From contig JBMNKK010000004.1 of NCBI GenBank assembly GCA_050952125.1, forward strand, positions 267,671 through 331,670: a stretch of DNA of 64,000 bases, read 5' to 3'. Of the stretch, positions 26,906 to 40,670 are shown piece by piece (position 1 is the stretch's first letter; each line of letters begins with the position of its first letter). This DNA comes from Bacillota bacterium. Lineage in GTDB: Bacteria > Bacillota > Sulfobacillia > Fermentithermobacillales > Fermentithermobacillaceae. The position numbers and the translations under genes were made by a program. The notes under the pieces are model-generated. The model saw only the letters and a program-made list of their open reading frames with translations, was not told the DNA's origin and ran no database searches.

Positions 26906-27772
26906 CTACCTGGTGTAAAACCAAGTCTGAGCCACTATCCTGTAGTAGCCTGACCCTACGTTTGAGCGTACATCTACTTGATACTGCCCGGGCTCGAGCC
27001 CGTTAAGCGGCACGAAGATGTACCTCGAGGCTCCGGTTTCAATAGTACCGATTGACTGGCCGATACCTACGTCGCCCCGGTAATCCGTATCTCCGGGCTT
27101 CTTCACGAGTACCTGGTACCCGTACTGGTAAGGAAGGGTAATGTCCTTGTCCGAGGTGTTCTTAATGGTCACTCTGAGCCTCGGGCTAGAGTTGAACCAG
27201 CTGGGACCCATGTATTCAACCTTGTACTCGAGAGGATCGTGGGCTGCTCTCGCCTTCAGAGTGACATAGGTCGACGCGACTGACTGCCACTTGGTTTCAC
27301 CTATGAAATACGCCTGAGCCATGTAAGTGCCTTGACGCAGGCTGTTGGGCAGAGTCTCTTTGTAGAGCTTTCCTTGTCCGGGGCGGAAAGTCTCCTTCAC
27401 CTGAGCCTGGGTAAAGGACTTGCCGTAATTCGCTCTGTACGCGACTGAACCGTCCTTCCAAAGGACGAAGTCGGTCGTCATACCGTTGGGCGTACTCACA
27501 GTGATAGGCTTCTTGGTCGGGTTGTACACCAACAGCACCAGTTCGTTAGTCTCGGATGAGTAATCAAGCTTGTACTGCAGACCGGTACCTCTTGCGGGAG
27601 CCTGTCCCCAGCCGGGCCATACCGGAAACGGCTGCCACCTGGCCTGCCAAGGGGCGCGGTTCCAGTTGATCACAGGCTGAGCTGAAGGAGCAGGGGCTGC
27701 CAGCACCGACGGAGCCATTATCATTACGGCCATGAGTGCTGCCATCGCTGCTACGGCAATGCGTTTCAACAC
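26906..27772 (-). CDS. Secreted protein with signal peptide and two repeated beta-sandwich-like modules (possibly BsuPI-like inhibitor domains)
   Basis: GTG start and a signal peptide MLKRIAVAAMAALMAVMIMAPSVLAAPAPSA. Two ~100-aa repeats (..ELVLLVYNPTKKPITVSTPNG.. and ..LRVTIKNTSDKDITLPYQYG..). Family assignment uncertain. Confidence 0.5.
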   Translation of the reverse strand: MLKRIAVAAMAALMAVMIMAPSVLAAPAPSAQPVINWNRAPWQARWQPFPVWPGWGQAPARGTGLQYKLDYSSETNELVLLVYNPTKKPITVSTPNGMTTDFVLWKDGSVAYRANYGKSFTQAQVKETFRPGQGKLYKETLPNSLRQGTYMAQAYFIGETKWQSVASTYVTLKARAAHDPLEYKVEYMGPSWFNSSPRLRVTIKNTSDKDITLPYQYGYQVLVKKPGDTDYRGDVGIGQSIGTIETGASRYIFVPLNGLEPGQYQVDVRSNVGSGYYRIVAQTWFYTR

Positions 27773-28041
27773 GTGTCATCTCTCCTCTTTTTCCCGGCGC
27801 GCGGCTTGGGCGCCCGGTAGAGTCTTTCGCCTGCATAGCCTGTCTGTTTTCATCTCAGACGACAGTTAACATAATAACACCGCAGGGACCTTCGATGAAC
27901 AGAAATCTCTGCCAGAATAGGGTGTTATACAGGCATTTACCTTATCTCGCACTCGTATGACACGCGCCAACCGCATTATGTTCCCTATGTTCCCTGGGAT
28001 CGGTTGGAAGAAAGCTTGTACCCAAAGAACAGGCGCTAGAG

Positions 28042-28050
28042 TGCTATAAT
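28042..28050 (+). promoter_or_regulatory. Extended -10 element TGcTATAAT upstream of mscL
   Basis: TGCTATAAT lies ~35 nt upstream of the mscL GTG start. No good -35 hexamer is present, consistent with an extended -10 promoter. Confidence 0.45.
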
Positions 28051-28084
28051 GTGGCGAGTGCCTATTGGGAGGGAGACGTGGACA

Positions 28085-28381
28085 GTGAAGGATTTCGTTG
28101 AGTTCATAAGAAAGCAAGGCGTAGTCGGTCTCGCGATCGGTTTCATCTTGGGCGGATCTGTGTCTAAGGTCGTGGCCGCGCTGGTAGAGGATATCATCAG
28201 CCCTCTCATCGGAATCGCCATGGGAAGCATGGCAGATCTCGCTGAAGCCTCATTCACGATTGGGACAGCCACAATCATGTGGGGTCACTTCATCAGCACT
28301 TTCGTGGATTTCGTTTTGGTGGCTGCCGTGGTGTACTTTGTGTTCAAGAAACTCGGGCTAGAGAAGCTGGATAAGAAGTAG
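28085..28381 (+). CDS. mscL: Large-conductance mechanosensitive channel MscL
   Basis: The start is re-assigned to the GTG (GGGAGGGAG RBS) giving MKDFVEFIRKQGVVGLAIGFILGGSVSKVVAALVEDIISPLIG..., which matches the MscL N-terminal helix/TM1 consensus. It has two TMs and a charged C-terminal helix. Confidence 0.85.
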   Translation: MKDFVEFIRKQGVVGLAIGFILGGSVSKVVAALVEDIISPLIGIAMGSMADLAEASFTIGTATIMWGHFISTFVDFVLVAAVVYFVFKKLGLEKLDKK

Positions 28382-28527
28382 AGCTGTTCTAGAAAAGGTC
28401 GCAGACATACACGTCTCCATGCCCACACCTCGCCTCAATCCTCCATTCCTCCCTGTTATTCACAGAAGATGGGACTTATCCCCAGAGTTGTCAACAGCAT
28501 TCTACAGCGTCAGTCAGAAAAGGAAAG

Positions 28528-28557
28528 CCCCGCTTTTTTACGAGCGGGGCCTTCAAT
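28528..28557 (-). terminator. rrn operon terminator (CCCCGCT-loop-AGCGGGG followed by U-rich tract)
   Basis: The minus strand reads CCCCGCTcgtaaaaaAGCGGGGCTTTCCTTTTCT, immediately after the 5S rRNA 3' end. Confidence 0.7.
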
Positions 28558-28562
28558 ATTAG

Positions 28563-28676
<114 letters not shown>

Positions 28677-28739
28677 TTTTGTCCTTTCCACCCTCTTTGG
28701 GCGGACAACTTAAGAGAATTTGCGGAACTAACTTAAGCG

Positions 28740-31730
<2,991 letters not shown>

Positions 31731-31877
31731 AGGATTCTTCTTGAATCCTAAACTCGCGCTTGTTACTTCTCGCGACTTCTCTTAAGTTGTCAAGGACCAG
31801 TGATGGAGTCCTCTCCATCGTAGGACGTCAGTCCTCGAAGACCGAACAGCGTATTAGAGAACCTCAAGAGGTCTCCA

Positions 31878-33408
<1,531 letters not shown>

Positions 33409-33544
33409 CGTTACACCTTTTCCTCAAGGTCCGTAGAGTCGCTCGCGGTAACCGCGAGCCTTCTGGACTCAAAGGTTCTCTTACGCTGTTCAGTTTTCAA
33501 GGACCGACTTCCTTGGGCGCCCCCTCTCGCGGGGCGCAAGGGTT

Positions 33545-33574
33545 ACTATAACACCGGAATAAGCTAAGATCAAC
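33545..33574 (-). promoter_or_regulatory. Candidate rRNA promoter (TTGATC-17-TATAGT) with upstream A/T-rich UP-like element
   Basis: The minus strand reads aaaactataaaaaaagttgcggcggggtgTTGATCttagcttattccggtgtTATAGTaaccc about 140 nt upstream of the mature 16S 5' end. A GC-rich leader hairpin GCGCCCC..GGGGCGC follows. Confidence 0.45.
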
Positions 33575-33628
33575 ACCCCGCCGCAACTTTTTTTATAGTT
33601 TTAGCAGGAGTGACTCTAACTAACACTC

Positions 33629-35125
33629 CTAGGTCTTAGGTCTCATCATGGGGAACAGGATGACGTCGCGGATTGACGGAGAATCGGTCAAAAACATGAC
33701 AAGCCTCTCGATTCCTATGCCCAAACCTCCCGCCGGCGGCATGCCGTACTCCAGCGCGGTGATGAAGTCTTCGTCGTAGGGATGAGCTTCGTCATTCCCC
33801 GCGGCCTTCTCTCTCGCCTGCTGAATAAAGCGGTTTTTCTGGTCAATGGGGTCGTTAAGCTCCGAAAACGCGTTCCCTAGTTCCCGGCCAAGTGCAAAAG
33901 CCTCAAACCTATAAGTGAGGTTGGGGTTGTCTTCCCTTCTCTTCGCGAGCGGCGATATCTCTACAGGATAATCTATCAGGAAATGGGGCTGAACAAGCTT
34001 AGGCTCGACGTACTCGCCCATGATTTCCTCAATTACGCTGCCCTTCGTCTTTGCTTTGTTCATATCCAGGCCGAGCCTTTCGGCAATAGCTACCGCGTCC
34101 TCGTCGGTCCGGATATCTTCCGGCTTGATCCCTGTCGCCTGCGTTATTCCATCCCAAACCCGGAGCCTTGGCCACGGAGGCGTAACGTCGATCTCGTAGC
34201 CGCCGGAAGTGAATCTCATAGACCCCAGAACCTCTTCCGCGCATCCCGACACCAGGTCCTCAACAAGTTTCATCATATCGTTGTAATCGGCGTAGGCTTG
34301 GTAGACCTCCATCATGTAGAACTCCGGATTGTGCCTGGTGTCGATGCCTTCGTTTCGAAAATCGGGACCTATCTCGTATACCCTCTCAAGGCCGCCGACA
34401 AGCAGGCGTTTGAGATACAGCTCGGTTGCGATCCTGAGATAGACATCAATATCCAAAGCATTGTGGTGAGTGATGAAAGGGCGGGCGTGAGCCCCGCCTG
34501 CTATCGTCTGCAGGACGGGCGTCTGGACCTCGATAAATCCCCTCTCATCTAGAAAGCGCCTTATATAGGAAATGATCTTGCTTCTCTTGATGAATGTGTC
34601 CTGCACTTCCGGATTCACTATCAGATCGAGGTACCGCTGCCGGTAGCGGAGATCTACATCGGTAAGGCCGTGCCACTTCTCAGGAAGCGGCCTGAGCGCC
34701 TTAGCGAGCATCGTCCAGTTGTGCACTTCGACCGTGGGCTCGCCTCTCTTGGTGCGGAAGACTGAGCCCTGAACTCCAACGAAATCTCCTAGATCGACCA
34801 AATCCTCAAACGACTTGTACTCTTCTTCTCCGAGGACGTCGATGCGCACGTGTAACTGAATGCGCCCGCTGCGGTCGCGGAGATCGCAGAAACAAGCTTT
34901 GCCGTGACCGCGTATGGCTGTGATCCTTCCGGCAATTCTGACTTCATACCCTGCCATCTCGTCACACTTTTCGGCGATAAGCGAAGCGTGTGAATCAACC
35001 TCATAGCGACCGCCAAACGGAGCGATGCCTTTCGCTTCTGCTTTGGCGATCTTGGCCCGCCTTCTCTCGAACTCCTCGTCGAGTCTTGAAACGGGCACGT
35101 CCCTCTCGCTCATATCGCCGGACAA
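33629..35125 (-). CDS. lysS: Lysine--tRNA ligase (class II)
   Basis: 498 aa with an N-terminal OB anticodon-binding domain and class II motifs (..FRNEG.., ..GGLGIGIERLVM..). TTG start with an AGGAGGT RBS 8 nt upstream. Confidence 0.9.
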   Translation of the reverse strand: MSGDMSERDVPVSRLDEEFERRRAKIAKAEAKGIAPFGGRYEVDSHASLIAEKCDEMAGYEVRIAGRITAIRGHGKACFCDLRDRSGRIQLHVRIDVLGEEEYKSFEDLVDLGDFVGVQGSVFRTKRGEPTVEVHNWTMLAKALRPLPEKWHGLTDVDLRYRQRYLDLIVNPEVQDTFIKRSKIISYIRRFLDERGFIEVQTPVLQTIAGGAHARPFITHHNALDIDVYLRIATELYLKRLLVGGLERVYEIGPDFRNEGIDTRHNPEFYMMEVYQAYADYNDMMKLVEDLVSGCAEEVLGSMRFTSGGYEIDVTPPWPRLRVWDGITQATGIKPEDIRTDEDAVAIAERLGLDMNKAKTKGSVIEEIMGEYVEPKLVQPHFLIDYPVEISPLAKRREDNPNLTYRFEAFALGRELGNAFSELNDPIDQKNRFIQQAREKAAGNDEAHPYDEDFITALEYGMPPAGGLGIGIERLVMFLTDSPSIRDVILFPMMRPKT

Positions 35126-35181
35126 TGTGACTACCTCCTGGCATACGTATACTAGAGAGCGTAGTGTCCCAAGAAAGACGC

Positions 35182-35657
35182 CTACGCTGTGATAGACACC
35201 ACTTCGTACTGGAAGGTGCCCGCCGGAACCATCACCGAGATTACCGCACCCGGCTTCTGCCCCATAAGGGCTCTTCCCACCGGAGACTCCATGGATATCC
35301 GCTTCCTTGAGGGATCTGCCTCATGGGCTCCCACAATGGTGTACTCGCTCACCTGGTCTCTGGTGAGGTCTTTCACAGTGACCGTACAGCCAATCGAGAC
35401 AACCTTGGGGTTCTTCTGGCCTTCCTGAGCTACCTTAGCATGGCGGAGTATCTTCTCAAGGCTGAGGATACGTCCCTCGACGAAGGCTTGTTCGTTCTTA
35501 GCGTCTTCGTACTCGGCATTCTCAGAGAGGTCTCCGAATTCACGGGCTGCTTTGATTCTCTCGGCCACTTCTTTCCTTCTTACCAGCTTCAGATGTGCAA
35601 GTTCTTCCTCCAGGTTCTTCTTGCCCTCTGGAGAAAGCAGGATCTCGCGTTCTGCCA
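35182..35657 (-). CDS. greA: Transcription elongation factor GreA
   Basis: Track ORF 35182..35733. The start is re-assigned to the ATG with a GGGAGG RBS, giving MAEREILLSPEGKKNLEEELAHLKLVRRKEVAERIKAAREFGDLSENAEYEDAK..., the GreA coiled-coil plus FKBP-like domain (158 aa). Confidence 0.85.
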
Positions 35658-35695
35658 TCCTCCCGTTATCTCTGCCTTTCCTGGGGAATTTACGA

Positions 35696-35721
35696 GGGTG
35701 CCGCGGCGTCGCGCTGCACCC
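35696..35721 (-). promoter_or_regulatory. Hairpin in the greA 5' leader (GGGTGC-14 nt-GCACCC)
   Basis: A 6-bp GC stem with a CG-rich loop lies ~40 nt upstream of the greA start. It has no U-tract, so it could be a leader structure analogous to the E. coli greA leader attenuator region. Confidence 0.3.
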
Positions 35722-36015
35722 AGATAAACGCATATCAGTGTATGTCTAGCTTAGTCCTGTCTATACCGAGCCCTTAAGATAGACAAAGACCGCTGCAAGG
35801 TCAGCTCCGCTGCAGTGGTCGTACCCGCCTCACGGCGACAGCATTATAATGCGGGGTGCAACTCCCAGTCAATACTACTTTGGCCAAGTCCGCGCCGCCG
35901 CGCAGGTCTATATTGCCCGCCCCGACCTCAAGTGATGTCCGAAGGCCGTCAGACACCACGTCCAGCAGGCAAAATCTGGCGCAACTCGCCCGGCAATGAT
36001 CAGCCAGAGAGCCCA

Positions 36016-37098
36016 CTAGGCGCTCCGCGCTCTACGCTTCCGGGCGTTCTCTTTGATCCTCTCTATCTCCGCTTCAGTGACCGGCCTTTCGAAACTCCGG
36101 AATCCCGCCACCTCGAAGCCGTGCTTTTTGGCGAGCTTGGCAATGCCTTTGATCCGGGATACGGGCATCTCACGCCCGAGACTCCAATCTGTGTAGTTCT
36201 CCTCAAGAGCAAGGATCATGGTCTCAGCCATACACGCGTAACTCGTTTTCTCCGGGAAGCCGAAATTGAAGTGGAAATCGACGTCTCCGGGAACCTTTAC
36301 TACTCCGCCTTCGATTATGAGCACATCATCGCGCTTCTTCTTCACTTCAACCGACACGTTTCTGGGACGCGAGACGTCGCACACCAGAGCGCCCGGCTTC
36401 AGGTCCTCGGGCTCAATGACCGCATCGATGGCAGAACTGACACATACAACCACGTCCGCCTCTTTGACGGCGCCGCGGAGATCCCTGGTTACCTTGGGCA
36501 CCATTCCAGTCTGCTCCACGATAACGTCGGCAACCTTCTCCAGGCGACCCATGTCTCTCGCACACAGGGTTAGATGCCGTCCCTCGTCAGCCATGATAAG
36601 GGAGACGGCTCTTCCGATAGCGCCGGATGCTCCGAGGACCAGGACGTTTGCTTTATCCATATCTATCTCCATCAGAGTCGCGGCCTTCTCTGTTGCTTCC
36701 ATCGCGGTGGCTACGGTATAGCTGTTCCCGGTAGTCACAGCGATGTCAACATTCTTGCGAATGGTTACGCCGGCATCGCCCACAACCGAAGTGAAGGCTC
36801 CCAGACCGACGACTCTTGCTCCGAGGTCGGCTGCCTTATTACACGCGTCGACTATCTTCGCGGTCACTTTCTCCAAAGGCAGTCCCAGCATGAGCCTGGG
36901 AACCAGCGGTACCGACACGAAATATCCGTTTGCTTCGGCGTATCTCGATTGAACGCCGGTAATGTGAGAGACCTTTATCGGAGGCATGAACGACATGACC
37001 GTCTCTACAAACCTGTCCGGCAAGTGCCTGGCTATGGGAAACTTCCTCGCCACGTCGCTTACGTCGATCGGATGGATGATGAAGCCAAAGGTACCCAA
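36016..37098 (-). CDS. NAD(P)-binding Rossmann-fold oxidoreductase related to the shikimate/quinate dehydrogenase superfamily (specific function unknown)
   Basis: 360 aa starting MGTFGFIIHPIDVSDV.. with a substrate-binding alpha/beta N-domain (..GLGAFTSVVGDAGV.., ..TTGNSYTVATAMEA..) and a dinucleotide motif VLVLGASGAIGRAV. Family assignment by eye only. Confidence 0.45.
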   Translation of the reverse strand: MGTFGFIIHPIDVSDVARKFPIARHLPDRFVETVMSFMPPIKVSHITGVQSRYAEANGYFVSVPLVPRLMLGLPLEKVTAKIVDACNKAADLGARVVGLGAFTSVVGDAGVTIRKNVDIAVTTGNSYTVATAMEATEKAATLMEIDMDKANVLVLGASGAIGRAVSLIMADEGRHLTLCARDMGRLEKVADVIVEQTGMVPKVTRDLRGAVKEADVVVCVSSAIDAVIEPEDLKPGALVCDVSRPRNVSVEVKKKRDDVLIIEGGVVKVPGDVDFHFNFGFPEKTSYACMAETMILALEENYTDWSLGREMPVSRIKGIAKLAKKHGFEVAGFRSFERPVTEAEIERIKENARKRRARSA

Positions 37099-37163
37099 CA
37101 GCGTCCCCTCCAGAAGGATGCATATGAAGCGTCAGTGCGGTTTAAGGATGAAGATATTCGGAT

Positions 37164-38093
37164 CTATGCCGGCACTAAGGGCGGCGGGTTCAACACCTCT
37201 ATCCTTGGCTTGAAGTTCAAGCGGTCGAGCATATCGTTGATCTCATCATCGGTGACGTCTTCAGGCTTCTTCCCGAGAAGACACACAATGAGACCTTCCA
37301 TAACGTTGGTGCCGAAAGACCGCCCCTCCATCTCGGGTGTTGTCGTGATGAGGGTGCTCACGCCGCGGGCCTTGAAATCTCTTATGTCGTCTTCTGTCAC
37401 GGTGTTCGTGATTATTGATTTGCCGGTCATGTCGTCAGGCATGTTCTTCGCTACATAGTGGAAATCGCCCGCTATGATGTCAGCTTCGTGATAGTAGCGA
37501 GCATACTTGGGATTTGCTTTCCGGTTTTCCTGCTTCTTGCCGGTAGGGTACAGCATTGTGAACGGAAGCCGTACCACGATAGGCGCTATCGTCCGGGCCA
37601 CTTTATCAAGGGCATCCAGAGAGCGAAGGGGAATGGGCAAGCCCAACGCGAAAATGAGGTCTCCCAATATGAGTTCGCAACCGGTCTCTCGCAGCGCTTC
37701 GGCCATGCCAAAACGGTCAGCCCCGCTAACCACAAGCACTTTCAGATCCTTGAACGGTACCTTGGCAGTATCATTGAGATACTTTATGACGCGACGCTCG
37801 AGAGTTCCCTTGAGCCTGCTTCCGTCGACGATGGGGGTCTTCTTTGCTGCCCTGGCTATCGGGAGCGCGTCCTTCAGCATGTACTTGGACCTGCCGCACG
37901 CAATCCAAAGGTCAATACCGCCCATGCCGAAAGCGTCTACCTTCCCGTCCAACTCGCGAATAAGCTCGATGGCTCGCGGAATGGACCCGTCGGTGCCGAT
38001 CCTCTCGACCAGTACTTGCTCGCCGAGGAACTCGCTTTCCGTCTTCTTGTTTCGTTTGGACGAACCAAGGCTCACACTGACTACGTGCTTCAT
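37164..38093 (-). CDS. Conserved hypothetical alpha/beta protein (MKHVVSVSLGSSKRNKK.. family), function unknown
   Basis: 309 aa with no TM segments. Motifs ..ERIGTDGS.., ..DGKVDAFGMGGIDLW.. and ..KKTPIVDGSRLK.. suggest a small-molecule-binding or isomerase-like fold. It is co-directional with, and 60 nt downstream of, the oxidoreductase gene. Confidence 0.4.
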   Translation of the reverse strand: MKHVVSVSLGSSKRNKKTESEFLGEQVLVERIGTDGSIPRAIELIRELDGKVDAFGMGGIDLWIACGRSKYMLKDALPIARAAKKTPIVDGSRLKGTLERRVIKYLNDTAKVPFKDLKVLVVSGADRFGMAEALRETGCELILGDLIFALGLPIPLRSLDALDKVARTIAPIVVRLPFTMLYPTGKKQENRKANPKYARYYHEADIIAGDFHYVAKNMPDDMTGKSIITNTVTEDDIRDFKARGVSTLITTTPEMEGRSFGTNVMEGLIVCLLGKKPEDVTDDEINDMLDRLNFKPRIEVLNPPPLVPA

Positions 38094-38105
38094 ATGTAAG
38101 ACCTC

Positions 38106-38636
38106 CTAGCCCTTCACGCTCTTAATTACTTTTCGAAGCGATTCAGGGTTCAGATAGACATCGCCTGACATCGGCGAACGCCCGATAACAATGGTGGCTA
38201 CGTCGGTATTTCTGTCAACCAAGTTCTTCAGGATGTCCAGCCGCTTGTCGGACCCTACAAAAATGACCTTGTCAAACCTCCGGATTTGAGCCATCAGACT
38301 CATGAGGTCATTGAGAACGTCGATTCCGCTCCGGTCGCGGACGAACGCCCAGCGTTCCTCGTCGGTCATGACCAAAGTGAAGTCAACGCCTTCCGCCTGA
38401 GCTACCTCTCTCACTTCATCGCAGTTTGAAATAGGGAAGCCGACCAGGGCTATTGAACCGCCCTTCCGCAGTTCTCCCAGGGTCTCGAGTCTCGAGATGA
38501 AGGTCCTGTCCAAGCCCATTTCCTGAGCGACGTCGGCTTGGGACTGGCCTTTGGCACGGCGGGCAAGTATGGCGTCAACCGCTTCGTCTATCTTCTGGCG
38601 ACTTATGACTTTGTCCCCGATCCTCACGAATTCCAC
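38106..38636 (-). CDS. Putative HTH transcriptional regulator with C-terminal DRTGG-like domain
   Basis: 176 aa with a predicted HTH (GQSQADVAQEMGLDRTFISRLE). The C-terminal ~110 aa (..VIFVGSDKRLDILKNLVDRNTDVATIVIGRSP..) resembles a DRTGG-type domain. It is the first gene of the three-gene operon. Confidence 0.4.
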   Translation of the reverse strand: MEFVRIGDKVISRQKIDEAVDAILARRAKGQSQADVAQEMGLDRTFISRLETLGELRKGGSIALVGFPISNCDEVREVAQAEGVDFTLVMTDEERWAFVRDRSGIDVLNDLMSLMAQIRRFDKVIFVGSDKRLDILKNLVDRNTDVATIVIGRSPMSGDVYLNPESLRKVIKSVKG

Positions 38637-38722
38637 GGGGCCACCACCTTGTGCACAACTCTGTGTACATCATAGCAAGGCGGTTCTTTGCGCGCAAGAG
38701 AAACCGGACAGGTGAGGTGGAC

Positions 38723-39691
38723 TTAAGCGAAAGGAGACAGAGGGAAACGCCTGAGCACGGATCGAAGCTTATCGTTGTCGGGCACCGAGTCATCGTGCAT
38801 CATGCCCTTCTTCAGCCCCTGCAAAGTGCGAGCGCCGCGCCTTGTGGTGAGCTCAAGGTCACGGGTGACTCTGGATAGCGCCGAAAGCCTGGCATCTTCT
38901 AGCGATTGGGTGAAACTCGCCCCCTTGGCAAGGTTCCTCCGGAGGCCATCAGCCAAGTAGAAGTGTGCCAGCCCGGTAAGAGGGTTGCCGCAAGCGCCCG
39001 TCGCGGTGACTCCGAATACCTCCGGCATCTTCAGCCGGTAGCCGATCTCCAAAGACGCTTTGAGGTCTTCCGTCTCATCTCTCACGCACTCTCGAAGAGT
39101 CTTGGGAGTGACCATGGCGTACTGAGACAGCGACCGGATAATCGCGTGCTCAATCGTGTGCGCCTCCTCCGCGTCGACCAGATCGCCCAGATTGCCCGAC
39201 AGCACAACCTCCTCGCCGCCGTGAGAAATGCCGTAGATGCTGACGCGTATGTCATGGCGCCCGCGAGCCTCGGTACTGCCTTGTAGAGCTCGCCACCCCG
39301 CCCCGTCGATTACCGGATAGGTGCTCCGGAGCTCGGCTAAGTCGATTACCTCCGGATTGGCCGCGAACAGGATCCCGTCCGCCGAGTGAAAGCCCCCTGC
39401 CTTCACCGTCGCTTTGCCGGTTACGCGCGCGAACAGCGCCTCGATGACTTTGAGTGACGGCGCCGCGATAACCTGTTGGGCCCACGACTCCTCAATGGCA
39501 ACCGCCGTCCCGACCGGGTAGAGTCCGGTGCTGCCCGAGAAAGGCAGAAGGAGCACCGGCGAACCGCGCCTTGCCCGGAACACGCGCTTCGTCCAGCTGT
39601 CGAGAAAGACGCCGGTTATCTCGCCGCCAACCCTCGGCATGGCGCCGTTCGCGACGGGAAGAACCGGGATGCTCATTCGATCTGCCGCCAC
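38723..39691 (-). CDS. Hypothetical protein (322 aa), possible Lon-N-like substrate-binding fold
   Basis: No TM segments and no recognisable catalytic motifs. The N-terminus ..IPVLPVANGAMPRVGGEITGVFLDSWTKRV.. loosely resembles Lon N-terminal domains. It overlaps the dusB start by 19 nt, so is co-transcribed with it. Confidence 0.35.
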   Translation of the reverse strand: MAADRMSIPVLPVANGAMPRVGGEITGVFLDSWTKRVFRARRGSPVLLLPFSGSTGLYPVGTAVAIEESWAQQVIAAPSLKVIEALFARVTGKATVKAGGFHSADGILFAANPEVIDLAELRSTYPVIDGAGWRALQGSTEARGRHDIRVSIYGISHGGEEVVLSGNLGDLVDAEEAHTIEHAIIRSLSQYAMVTPKTLRECVRDETEDLKASLEIGYRLKMPEVFGVTATGACGNPLTGLAHFYLADGLRRNLAKGASFTQSLEDARLSALSRVTRDLELTTRRGARTLQGLKKGMMHDDSVPDNDKLRSVLRRFPLSPFA

Positions 39692-40653
39692 CCTTCCTCA
39701 AGAAGCTCGATGACCTTCTCAATTGACTTCTCATTCACAACCATTTCTCTTAGCCTGGTTGCCCCTCTCAGCCCGCGAAAGTAGAACACCAACTGCTTCC
39801 GCATCTCCAGGAGTCCCTTCCTCTCCCCGTATCTTTGGATGGAACGCCAGAAATGCTCCCTTGCCAGAGCCATCTTCATCTCGGCGGTGTGAACGCCAAC
39901 TTCTTTGCCGTTCAGGAGAGCCGAGAGGTTGTCGAAGAAGAGGGGGTTGCCGAGAAGGGCCCGGCCCACCATAACCCCGGACACGCGCCCGGCCTCAAGC
40001 CTCATGACTGCTTCAGAAGCCGTGAGGATGTCGCCGTTACCAACAACCGGTACGCCAACGTCAGCCGCTACAGCCTCGATGACGCCCCAATCGGCCTTTC
40101 CGGAATACCCCTGGGACACGGTGCGTCCGTGCACAACCAACATATCGATCCCCGCGTCGACAAGAGCCCTCGCAAACTCTAGGGCTCCACTCGAGTCCGA
40201 CCAACCTGTGCGGATCTTGGCGGTAACGGGAAGGCGAGAGACGCTTTTGACGGCTTGGACGATGTCTCGGGCCAAAGATACGTTATTCAGAAGCGCTCCG
40301 CCGCTTCCTTGCGAGGTGATCTTTCTGGCAGGGCATCCCATGTTAATGTCTATAGCCTCAAATTTATGGCAAAGGCTCTGAACCAGTTCAGCAGCCTTTG
40401 CCATCGATTCGGCCTCGTAACCGAAAAGCTGGATCGCGAGCGGGCGGTCGTGCATCTCGTGATACAGGATCTCCTCTGAGTTGTCGCCGCCGTGCAAGAG
40501 CCCTTTCGCGCTCACCATCTCGGTCACGCAGTAAGGGCACCCGTGTTCGCGGAGTATCTCACGGTAGACATCCCCGGTGTATCCCGCCATAGGAGCGCTC
40601 ATGACAGGAGGCCATATTGAGAGACTGCCGATCTTAAGCGGAGATATCGTCAT
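39673..40653 (-). CDS. dusB: tRNA-dihydrouridine synthase DusB
   Basis: 326 aa FMN TIM-barrel protein with the catalytic Cys motif ..DINMGCPARKI.. and ..VTAKIRTGW... It is upstream of the greA-lysS region as in Bacillus. Confidence 0.85.
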   Translation of the reverse strand: MTISPLKIGSLSIWPPVMSAPMAGYTGDVYREILREHGCPYCVTEMVSAKGLLHGGDNSEEILYHEMHDRPLAIQLFGYEAESMAKAAELVQSLCHKFEAIDINMGCPARKITSQGSGGALLNNVSLARDIVQAVKSVSRLPVTAKIRTGWSDSSGALEFARALVDAGIDMLVVHGRTVSQGYSGKADWGVIEAVAADVGVPVVGNGDILTASEAVMRLEAGRVSGVMVGRALLGNPLFFDNLSALLNGKEVGVHTAEMKMALAREHFWRSIQRYGERKGLLEMRKQLVFYFRGLRGATRLREMVVNEKSIEKVIELLEEGWRQIE

Positions 40654-40670
40654 GTGCGGGATCCTACCAC

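Noticed and set aside
35815-37458. Two long plus-strand ORFs (252 aa and 294 aa) opposite the oxidoreductase gene
   Set aside because: They lie antisense to a gene with clear Rossmann motifs and a coupled operon structure. Their products are low-complexity and Ser/Arg-rich, and there is no RBS.
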